Source of the DNA: an uncultured Candidatus Melainabacteria bacterium
GTDB lineage: Bacteria; Cyanobacteriota; Vampirovibrionia; Gastranaerophilales; Gastranaerophilaceae
DNA length: 64,000 nt
Direction of reading: 5' to 3'
NCBI GenBank assembly: GCA_934718275.1
Contig: CAKUZD010000002.1
Location: forward strand, 217,858-281,857
Shown here: piece after piece, positions 35,798-43,078 of the stretch
How the letters are laid out: the number at the start of each line of letters is the position of its first letter
Numbering within the stretch: position 1 is the first letter of the stretch
Notes under the pieces: generated by a model
Databases searched by the model: none
Told to the model about the DNA's origin: nothing
The model's input: only the letters and a program-made list of their open reading frames with translations
Program-made: the position numbers and the translations under genes

Positions 35798-36301
35798 ATG
35801 AGTATGACATCAATCAGTTCAATCAGCAATACACAAGCTGCTGCTATTTCAAGTTATAAAACGGAAACTGATTTGAGTTCAACAACAAAACTTAAATTAG
35901 AAGCTTTGGGGATAGACCCTTCATCGGTAACATCCGAGGCTCAGGCACAAATACTAATTGCGCAGGCGGAGGCTGCGAAACAACAGAACAACACAGGACA
36001 ACAACAAGGAGGTAATTCATCAGAGCAAGAGCTTTTGACGGAAGCAAAGAATCTTGCAACACGAGTTGGCGTAACAGTATCAAGTAATGATTCGTTAGAC
36101 ACAATTGTTGATAATATTTCCAAAGAAATTCAAATAATGTTGAATTCCGGAGATAAATCAAAGGTGTTAACAGCACAAGGTTTTCAGACGCAACTGGCAA
36201 GTATTTCCGAAAGAGCAGAGGCTATTCAGTCAACACAACAAAATATTTTTAATACAATGAATATGATTTCTGTAAGCAACAAGTATGCCTTGGGTTTATA
36301 G
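35798..36301 (+). CDS. hypothetical S/T/Q-rich protein (167 aa)
   Basis: AAGAGGG RBS, with ATG at 35798 or 35804. No recognisable family. A candidate TTGACA-16-TAATAA promoter lies at 35742-35769. Confidence 0.6.
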   Translation: MSMTSISSISNTQAAAISSYKTETDLSSTTKLKLEALGIDPSSVTSEAQAQILIAQAEAAKQQNNTGQQQGGNSSEQELLTEAKNLATRVGVTVSSNDSLDTIVDNISKEIQIMLNSGDKSKVLTAQGFQTQLASISERAEAIQSTQQNIFNTMNMISVSNKYALGL

Positions 36302-36341
36302 AAAAAGTTTTCAGAAAAACTGAGATAAGATAAAATTAATG

Positions 36342-36373
36342 AACGGCTTTCAATATATTGAAAGCCGTTTTTG
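36342..36373 (+). terminator. strong rho-independent terminator
   Basis: 12-bp perfect stem aacggctttcaa-tata-ttgaaagccgtt followed by a T run. Confidence 0.85.
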
Positions 36374-36514
36374 TAAATAAATTCGGGCGTTCTGTATATT
36401 AGCGAAGGATATTTTAAGCATTTTCGCGTATATTAAAATAGGCACTATATTATTTACTTATTGTCGGAAATATGGTATATTGTTCTTATAAAATATATCA
36501 AACGGACAGGAAAT

Positions 36515-37189
36515 ATGAAATTAAATAAAAGATTAGTTACGTTAGGTTTAATTATATTGGTGCTATCAATTGCATTAAAATTTATTTGGGCCGGATTAAA
36601 ACAAATTAAGGTAGATGACTTTCATCCTGCTGCAGTTATTTTTTTAATTGATTCTTCTGCTTCAAATCAAAAGCAATTGCCGGAACAGAAAAGGATGTTG
36701 CGTCAAATCTGTAATTTACTTGATCCCGAAGACCAAATAAAGATTTTACGAGTTTCTGAAGATGCATACTTGATATATGAAGGCGGGCCTATGAATGGTA
36801 GTACAATTACAAAATCAATGGATGCATTTACACAATATGATAAAAAAGATTATGGTACTGCTTATGGAGTAGGTATTAAAAAAGCTTTTTCTCATGCTTT
36901 AACGATGAAAAAAGAAGGATATGTGCCTGCTGTGGTAGTAATTGGTGATTTGGAAAATGAGGGTGCTATTGAAAAACAAATTAATTGGGATACGTTACCT
37001 TCAAATGTTCAAAATGTAAAAAAATATGCTCCGGATATTTCTATGATGTTTTTGGATGCACATCCGGCAAAATTAGATTTAGTAAAAGAAAAACTAACCC
37101 CTGTTCTTGGAGAAACTCATTTGATAGTTGCTCCAAAACAAAATATAGATAAATCAATTAGAAAATTTCTTCATGCAATCGGAAGATAG
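36515..37189 (+). CDS. membrane-anchored von Willebrand factor A (vWA) domain protein
   Basis: TM anchor LVTLGLIILVLSIALKFIWAGL. MIDAS-type VIFLIDSSASNQ, later GTAYG and VVVIGDLENEG. Confidence 0.7.
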   Translation: MKLNKRLVTLGLIILVLSIALKFIWAGLKQIKVDDFHPAAVIFLIDSSASNQKQLPEQKRMLRQICNLLDPEDQIKILRVSEDAYLIYEGGPMNGSTITKSMDAFTQYDKKDYGTAYGVGIKKAFSHALTMKKEGYVPAVVVIGDLENEGAIEKQINWDTLPSNVQNVKKYAPDISMMFLDAHPAKLDLVKEKLTPVLGETHLIVAPKQNIDKSIRKFLHAIGR

Positions 37190-37207
37190 AATTTGAGAGG
37201 ATAACTA

Positions 37208-38821
37208 ATGACTATTGTAATAGTAACATCACAAGGCGAAAAGGTTTTTAATAAGGGAATAATTACAGTTGGAACAAATCCAAATTGCGATGTAATATTG
37301 AACACAGGTTATGATGTATTGTTGACGCTGGAATATAGGGTGGCAGAAAACAAGTGTTCTATTATCAATACTTTTAAAAATGATAAAGTGCTTTTTAAGG
37401 GGCAACCGATAAAAAAAGTTGATGTATCTAATGTCTGTAAGATTATGTTCAAGGAGTCCGATGAGTTTATGGCAATAAAATTAATTGCCGATACTTCAGT
37501 ACATCAGTCTAAAACAATCACTTCTATCGGAAAAGAGGATTTGACTGAAGAAGATATAAGAGGATTGTACGGCAAGGATGTTAATGCTGTTACTAAAGTT
37601 AAATTGGAAAAGCAAAAAGAAGATTTAGAAGATGCGCGTGTTGCGATTATCAAGCAAGTCGCGTTTCATATAAATGATTTGAAACAAAAACTTTCAACTA
37701 ACTCAAAAACAAGTATTTTCTTACATATTGCTATGTTTTTCAGTTCAATGATTTGTGCTTTTGGGGTTTCAAATTATTTAATGGGCTTGGAAATTAAAGA
37801 GTCCGCTAATTTTCTTCATTTACCTACAAATATTAAGGTTTGGGGAATTTATACGGTGTTAATTTATGGGATTTGTTTGCTTTTAAAACAGGGAATTTAT
37901 TTGTATTTACAAAGTAATATCCAAAAAGATATGTCTAAATCAGCAAAGCTTGGACAAGGTTTCATGTTGATTTTTTCATTAATTTTTGTACTTGGAATAT
38001 ATGTGGTAAACCTTGTTTATTATATGAATTTGAATGATTTTATGACATTTGCAATTTTTATTTCTTTCTTTTTCGCCGGGATTATGGCTGTTCTTGCAAT
38101 CTCTTGCGGATATTTCAAATGTAATGGTACAGAATGGGCTATAACTCTTGATAAATATGAATATAGAGAAGATTTTGAGAGTGTAATAAAATCATATAGA
38201 CAATGGATTGAAAGATATATAAACAGTTTAAGTAATTCAAAAATACAAGGAATTAAAGATAAGATATTCAATTTGCAACTTAAATCATTCGGAGAAACAG
38301 TGGTAGGTCTTATTACTGCTCCATTTCTAGCTTATGGTGTGTCAAATACTTTGGCTATGTGTTTTCCGGAAGCTGCAGGTTGGATTAGGATTTCCGGTTT
38401 AAGAATAAGCCCTGTGTTTTTGACTCTTGCAACATTTATGATTATATTTGCGTTCTTTTCTTTTGTTAACGCATTTTTCTGTACTAAAAAAGTTCAAGGT
38501 TCACAAGTAATTAAACAGGATGGTTTCTCGGATTACCAACATCACGGTGTAACTATTTATGGACTTGAAGGTGTAAGAAGATTAAACTCCGAAAAAAATC
38601 GCTCTATGACAATAGGTTGCGCAATTATATTTATTGAATTTGCGATGAACGTTTCATATTTTATGACTGAAATCGGTGGTGATATGCAAGGTATTTTCTT
38701 GAGTTTAGTTGCTGCGTTAGTTCCAACAGCTTTATTGATTGCAGAAACTTTGATGTTAAGCCAAACTAAATTTGATATTTATGCGTGTGATGAATTACTT
38801 TCAAAAGTAGATAAAGATTAG
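37208..38821 (+). CDS. polytopic membrane protein with N-terminal FHA-like domain
   Basis: ITVGTNPNCDVIL...FKNDKVLFKGQPI resembles the FHA core (weak match). About 8-10 hydrophobic helices follow. GAGAGGA RBS. Confidence 0.6.
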   Translation: MTIVIVTSQGEKVFNKGIITVGTNPNCDVILNTGYDVLLTLEYRVAENKCSIINTFKNDKVLFKGQPIKKVDVSNVCKIMFKESDEFMAIKLIADTSVHQSKTITSIGKEDLTEEDIRGLYGKDVNAVTKVKLEKQKEDLEDARVAIIKQVAFHINDLKQKLSTNSKTSIFLHIAMFFSSMICAFGVSNYLMGLEIKESANFLHLPTNIKVWGIYTVLIYGICLLLKQGIYLYLQSNIQKDMSKSAKLGQGFMLIFSLIFVLGIYVVNLVYYMNLNDFMTFAIFISFFFAGIMAVLAISCGYFKCNGTEWAITLDKYEYREDFESVIKSYRQWIERYINSLSNSKIQGIKDKIFNLQLKSFGETVVGLITAPFLAYGVSNTLAMCFPEAAGWIRISGLRISPVFLTLATFMIIFAFFSFVNAFFCTKKVQGSQVIKQDGFSDYQHHGVTIYGLEGVRRLNSEKNRSMTIGCAIIFIEFAMNVSYFMTEIGGDMQGIFLSLVAALVPTALLIAETLMLSQTKFDIYACDELLSKVDKD

Positions 38822-38823
38822 TT

Positions 38824-39720
38824 ATGGATATTCTGAAAGTTCTTGTAATAATTGCATTTGTTTTCGTTACAATTTGTACGATAAAAATACATCCTTCAAT
38901 ACATCAACCAATGTTGATTGAGGATGCAGATTTTAAATTGACCAGAATTAGTGATACACTTACTCCGGAAAGTGTCACTACAACTATATCTACAACTTCT
39001 GAAGCCCCTAAAAACAGACAATTGGAGCAGCAAACTCGGGAGACTCAACAACAAGTGGTTGAATTTAAAGATAATTTAACGACATCTAATGAAGTCGGAC
39101 AAAGCCAAACAAAATACATACAATCCCAAAATGTTGAACCACAAAGGGCAAGGATTAAAAATATAACACCAAAGCAATCCAGACAACAACAAATTGTGAA
39201 TAATCCTCAAGTTGATGATATGGATGATTTTGAGATGGTGCAGCAAATTTTAAAAAATGTACAGGAAGAAACAAAAACGTTTCCTGTGCCAAAAAGTTCT
39301 CAAACAGTTCAAACAAGTAGCCAAAAATCGCAAACAAACAATTACAGAAATCCGTACATGACAGAGCAGGAAGAAATTATTGCTTGGAATAGGTGGAGGA
39401 GTAATATTCAAAATCAAATTATGAAAGATTCTGACATTGAATATGCTCCACTTGGAACTCTTTTCTTGTTTACTTTTGTTGCTGACAAGTATGGAAATAT
39501 TTCAAATATTAAGGTTGAATGTTCAAATCCGAATTATATGAATGTAGCAAGAAATAATGTAAAACCTGCAATTGCAAGATTGCAAAAAAAGCCTATTCTT
39601 AACTTCCCGCGTGGAACTCAAAGAAGTTCAACAGTAGTTACGGGGGCATTTTTAATTGGTACACAAGAAAGGTTTTCGTCTCCGAATGATTATTCGGACT
39701 ATGAAAGGGTGAAATACTAA
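38824..39720 (+). CDS. membrane-anchored T/Q-rich protein with TonB_C-like C-terminal domain
   Basis: N-terminal TM VLVIIAFVFVTICTI. C-terminus WRSNIQNQI...LFLFTFVADKYGNISNIKVECSNPNYMNVARNNVKPAI. Confidence 0.55.
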   Translation: MDILKVLVIIAFVFVTICTIKIHPSIHQPMLIEDADFKLTRISDTLTPESVTTTISTTSEAPKNRQLEQQTRETQQQVVEFKDNLTTSNEVGQSQTKYIQSQNVEPQRARIKNITPKQSRQQQIVNNPQVDDMDDFEMVQQILKNVQEETKTFPVPKSSQTVQTSSQKSQTNNYRNPYMTEQEEIIAWNRWRSNIQNQIMKDSDIEYAPLGTLFLFTFVADKYGNISNIKVECSNPNYMNVARNNVKPAIARLQKKPILNFPRGTQRSSTVVTGAFLIGTQERFSSPNDYSDYERVKY

Positions 39721-39860
39721 TGAAAACACAAAAAATAATAATAATTACTTTGATTTTATTGGTAATTTTGGGAATTTGTACCTGTATCGTTGTGAGCATA
39801 AAACCTAATATGCACAAAACAGTTCAGCTTGAACAAATTATTTATAAAAGGAGTAAATAA
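39720..39860 (+). CDS. 46-aa single-TM micro-protein
   Basis: Own translation MKTQKIIIITLILLVILGICTCIVVSIKPNMHKTVQLEQIIYKRSK. The ATG overlaps the upstream TAA (TAATG). Confidence 0.45.
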   Translation: MKTQKIIIITLILLVILGICTCIVVSIKPNMHKTVQLEQIIYKRSK

Positions 39861-40036
39861 TGTTAAAAATATTATGTGTGGTAATATTAATTATTTTGGA
39901 ATTACCTTTCTTGTTCAAACTCAGACAAGCTCAATATGATATAATCAGGCAAACTGCAATTATTCTCATTATGGGAGTAGTAATCCCACTGATTGTTTAT
40001 GCAATATATTTGTTATGTTTGTTTATGCTAAAATAA
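39860..40036 (+). CDS. 58-aa two-TM micro-protein
   Basis: Own translation MLKILCVVILIILELPFLFKLRQAQYDIIRQTAIILIMGVVIPLIVYAIYLLCLFMLK. TAATG overlap with the previous ORF. Confidence 0.45.
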   Translation: MLKILCVVILIILELPFLFKLRQAQYDIIRQTAIILIMGVVIPLIVYAIYLLCLFMLK

Positions 40037-40043
40037 ACTTGTT

Positions 40044-40973
40044 ATGTATATATGTAGAGAATGCAAAACAAAATATAAAGAAAGAGTTGAGTATTGCGAT
40101 TGCGGAAACAATACGTTTGATTATGTTGAAGAAAAACAACCTGTTATTTCTCAGGAGAAAGCTAAAAAATCTTTAACACTTGAGCAAAAAGCAGAATTAA
40201 TTTCTTGGGTATTTTTTGTAATTTGTATGATTTTGTCCGTAATTGTTTGGGCTATTCCCGTTAAGACATCTCATACGACAAAACAACAGCCAAAAGTTCA
40301 ACAAAATGTTGATATAAAATCTATTCCTGATATAAACAGAATTTGGAATGATACTCCTCTTTATACTCAAAGACAAACGGGTCAAGAACAGCAAGTTCAA
40401 CGGAGCCCGTTAGACGAGTTGAGACAAGATGTTCCATTAACATCTGCACCAATTAATAACCAAAGGATTTCTCAATCTGAGGTTCAAAAAAAAAATAATG
40501 ATTTAATCAAAAAAAATATAGCTTCTAATAAAGTTCAACAATCGCAAGTAAAGCCAAAAACTGTTCAAAATAAAGCAAAAACAACAGTGACTTCTTCACA
40601 GCCACAAACTACAAAACCAAAAGTTCAACAACAAGTGCAGAAAGAAGTTCAAAAAGTAACAGCATATAATTCAAATAGTGCAGAAATGTTGCGTTATAAA
40701 AATCGTTTGCGTGCTGCATTATTTAGACATTTTGCAGTCGGAAGTATCTCCGGTTCCGGTGAATGTTCTGTACAATTTGCGGTGAATGAAAATGGAAAAT
40801 TAATAAATAGAAAATTTTTCAAAGAATCTTCAAACAAAGCTTTAAATGATGCAGTTTATTATATGTTGATGAGTGTTCCTCAATTTGAAGTTCCTCCAAC
40901 GGAATATAATGGGCAAACAATTCGGATGAATTTCAAAATTGATAATGGCAACTATGAAATTTCGATTTATTGA
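40044..40973 (+). CDS. zinc-ribbon / TM / Q-K-rich linker / TonB_C-like domain protein
   Basis: MYICRECKTKYKERVEYCDCGN (CxxC...CxC), TM WVFFVICMILSVIVWAI. C-terminus YKNRLRAALFRHF...VQFAVNENGKLINRKFFKESSNKALNDAV. Confidence 0.6.
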   Translation: MYICRECKTKYKERVEYCDCGNNTFDYVEEKQPVISQEKAKKSLTLEQKAELISWVFFVICMILSVIVWAIPVKTSHTTKQQPKVQQNVDIKSIPDINRIWNDTPLYTQRQTGQEQQVQRSPLDELRQDVPLTSAPINNQRISQSEVQKKNNDLIKKNIASNKVQQSQVKPKTVQNKAKTTVTSSQPQTTKPKVQQQVQKEVQKVTAYNSNSAEMLRYKNRLRAALFRHFAVGSISGSGECSVQFAVNENGKLINRKFFKESSNKALNDAVYYMLMSVPQFEVPPTEYNGQTIRMNFKIDNGNYEISIY

Positions 40974-41014
40974 TAATTATAAATAGACCGGATTTTTCAA
41001 TTACAGAATGTATT

Positions 41015-41208
41015 ATACTCTCGTCCGTTGAGGGAGAGATAGAATTTGTTAGCAAATGAATGCGAGCTTACAAATTCAAGAGAGGGGGGATTGCAAAATA
41101 ACAAAAGGAAAAGGTTGTTAAAAATCAATGGGCTTGTTGTGTTCGCGTTCTCAATATAACTATAACATCTTATTACCCTATTGCCTTATAGCCTTATAGT
41201 CTTAAAAC
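41015..41208. repeat. repeat mosaic (R4): purine-flanked hairpin module plus CTTATTGCC-type 9-mer units
   Basis: 41019-41091 ...cgttgagggagaga-[gaatttgttagc...gcttacaaattc]-agagagggggg, and 41168-41208 cttattaccctattgccttatagccttatag. Confidence 0.75.
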
Positions 41209-41230
41209 GATATTTTAACAGCCTGTTGAA

Positions 41231-42052
41231 TTAATATCCGTTTGCATTTAAAGGTTGATTTAATCTAACTTGTATTGTTGTGCCATCAGGAATTTGAACT
41301 TCTTCTCCTCGTTGCATAGAGCCTCTTAGGCCTCCTCCGGCAGCTCCTAAGCTCCCAAAAATGAGCATGTTTTTACCCCAATCATCAGTTCCGCCGCCCA
41401 ACGCTGTTAGAGCTGCACCTACAAGCATACTTCCGAGAGCTCCAACGACAACATCTCGAGTCATTTTTTTTGCACGTTCGTTTTGTGCTTTGAGGTAAAT
41501 TTTTTCCGTAGAAATATTTATAGTAGCTCCTTTCGGAGTCAAAATTTCATTAAATGTAATTTCAATCATCCCACTACCGTAGGCTAAACCGGCATTTTTG
41601 GCATCAGTAGCAGTTCCGTATACAAGACTTCCTGCAGGGGCTATAAGCTTGCCATTGTACCTAAAATCATTTGTTAATCTAACGGTTAGTCTATCGTTTT
41701 TCTCCAAACTTCCGGAACTTATCCCTGAATCGAAAGTTACATTGAAAGTTGTTCCTGTCGGAATTTTTACGATATATCCTGTTAAAGTTTGATGTGACGG
41801 AGGAGTGAATGCATTTGTTTGTTCTTCTTCGTTGATTATTGGTTGAGGGGTAAGCTCTTTTATTGTATTGTTTTTTATTTCTGTTTTATTTCTTTTTTTT
41901 GTAAAATCTATCGGTTGCGAATTTATATTTCGGTATTTATTTCTATCAAATTCAGCCTGTGCCTCATCAGAAAAATCGTATTCGGCAAATACAGGTAAAG
42001 AAAGTATTTGAAAACATATTAATAAACTCAAAATCTTTTTCATTAAGTACAT
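41231..42052 (-). CDS. secreted protein with VirB10/TrbI-like beta core and C-terminal glycine-zipper segment
   Basis: Signal peptide MKKILSLLICFQILSLPVFA. IPTGTTFNVTFDSGISSG...LIAPAGSLVYGTA...ILTPKGATINI pattern. VVGALGSMLVGAALTALGGG. Confidence 0.55.
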   Translation of the reverse strand: MYLMKKILSLLICFQILSLPVFAEYDFSDEAQAEFDRNKYRNINSQPIDFTKKRNKTEIKNNTIKELTPQPIINEEEQTNAFTPPSHQTLTGYIVKIPTGTTFNVTFDSGISSGSLEKNDRLTVRLTNDFRYNGKLIAPAGSLVYGTATDAKNAGLAYGSGMIEITFNEILTPKGATINISTEKIYLKAQNERAKKMTRDVVVGALGSMLVGAALTALGGGTDDWGKNMLIFGSLGAAGGGLRGSMQRGEEVQIPDGTTIQVRLNQPLNANGY

Positions 42053-42173
42053 TATAATATATTCTTGAATTATTACAATATCCTTGTTATAATAATTTGC
42101 AAAGCTTTGTTTGGCAGAGTTTGGAGCATTGGCGATTTCCCCGACAGAGTGCGTGGTGACAATAGGAGAAAAA

Positions 42174-42779
42174 ATGGAAAAAGTTTTAGAATTATTCGCA
42201 GTTATAGTAAGTGCATATATTATTGGTTCAATTCCGACAGGTTATATTATTGTAAAAGCTTTTACGGGAGAAGATATTAGAACAATTGGTTCAGGTTCTA
42301 CCGGAGCGACTAATGTTAAACGTGTAATGGGAAAAAAGTGGTTCTTTATAACATTGTTGTTAGATGCATTTAAGGGAGCTTTACCTGTTGTATTGGCTGC
42401 TACGTTTGCGAAATCTTTTACAGGAATAGGATTGTTACCTGTTCTAGCCGCAATTGCAGTTATTTTAGGTCATAGTAAATCAATTTTTCTTAAATTTACC
42501 GGAGGGAAATCAGTGGCATCAGGAGTTGGTACTATATTGGCTCTTAATTGGCAGGTAGGCTTAATTATTGCTGCTATTTGGGCTGTAATTACATTTTTCT
42601 CAAGATATGTTTCTTTAGGTTCTATAATTGCGTTAGCTTTATCCCCTTTTATTATGTGGCTATTTCATGCTCCAATTGCATATATAGGTTATTGTACATT
42701 AGGAGCTTTGTATATAATATGGTTACACAGGTCAAATATTCAAAGACTTATTAAAGGTGAAGAAAATAAGGTGAGATAA
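42174..42779 (+). CDS. plsY: glycerol-3-phosphate acyltransferase PlsY
   Basis: AGGAG RBS. YIIGSIPTGYII, GSGSTGATNVKR, DAFKGALPV. Confidence 0.9.
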   Translation: MEKVLELFAVIVSAYIIGSIPTGYIIVKAFTGEDIRTIGSGSTGATNVKRVMGKKWFFITLLLDAFKGALPVVLAATFAKSFTGIGLLPVLAAIAVILGHSKSIFLKFTGGKSVASGVGTILALNWQVGLIIAAIWAVITFFSRYVSLGSIIALALSPFIMWLFHAPIAYIGYCTLGALYIIWLHRSNIQRLIKGEENKVR

Positions 42780-42985
42780 TGGACTTTACAGTTTTATTAA
42801 TTGGATTGGGTGTAATTGTAGTTTTATTTATTATTGGAAAAATTTTTGCTATTCTAACAAAAATCTTTATTATAATTTTGTTAGTGGCAGCGATTGCAGT
42901 AGGTTTTTTCTTTTGGCAAAATAATGGCAAAGATAATAAGTTGCAGAATAAATCAGGTTATAATATAGAGCAAATTATTTTGTAG
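42779..42985 (+). CDS. small two-TM membrane protein (68 aa)
   Basis: ATG overlaps the plsY stop (TAATG). Two hydrophobic helices. Confidence 0.5.
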   Translation: MDFTVLLIGLGVIVVLFIIGKIFAILTKIFIIILLVAAIAVGFFFWQNNGKDNKLQNKSGYNIEQIIL

Positions 42986-43078
42986 TTTTGAATTATGAAA
43001 TAATGTAAATTTTTTTGCTACATGCACTTGTTAAAGTTTTATGTTCAGTAAAGAATACATGTCGGGAAGGACTGAAAT

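Noticed and set aside
34833-40973. Canonical TonB-ExbB-ExbD or Tol-Pal system
   Set aside because: No ExbB/ExbD/TolQ/TolR-like proteins, no proline-rich TonB spacer and no TonB-dependent receptor are present in the window.
42085-42170. GC-richer leader upstream of plsY as a riboswitch or small RNA
   Set aside because: I could not find a convincing conserved fold or any known riboswitch core sequence. It may be a degenerate repeat fragment.
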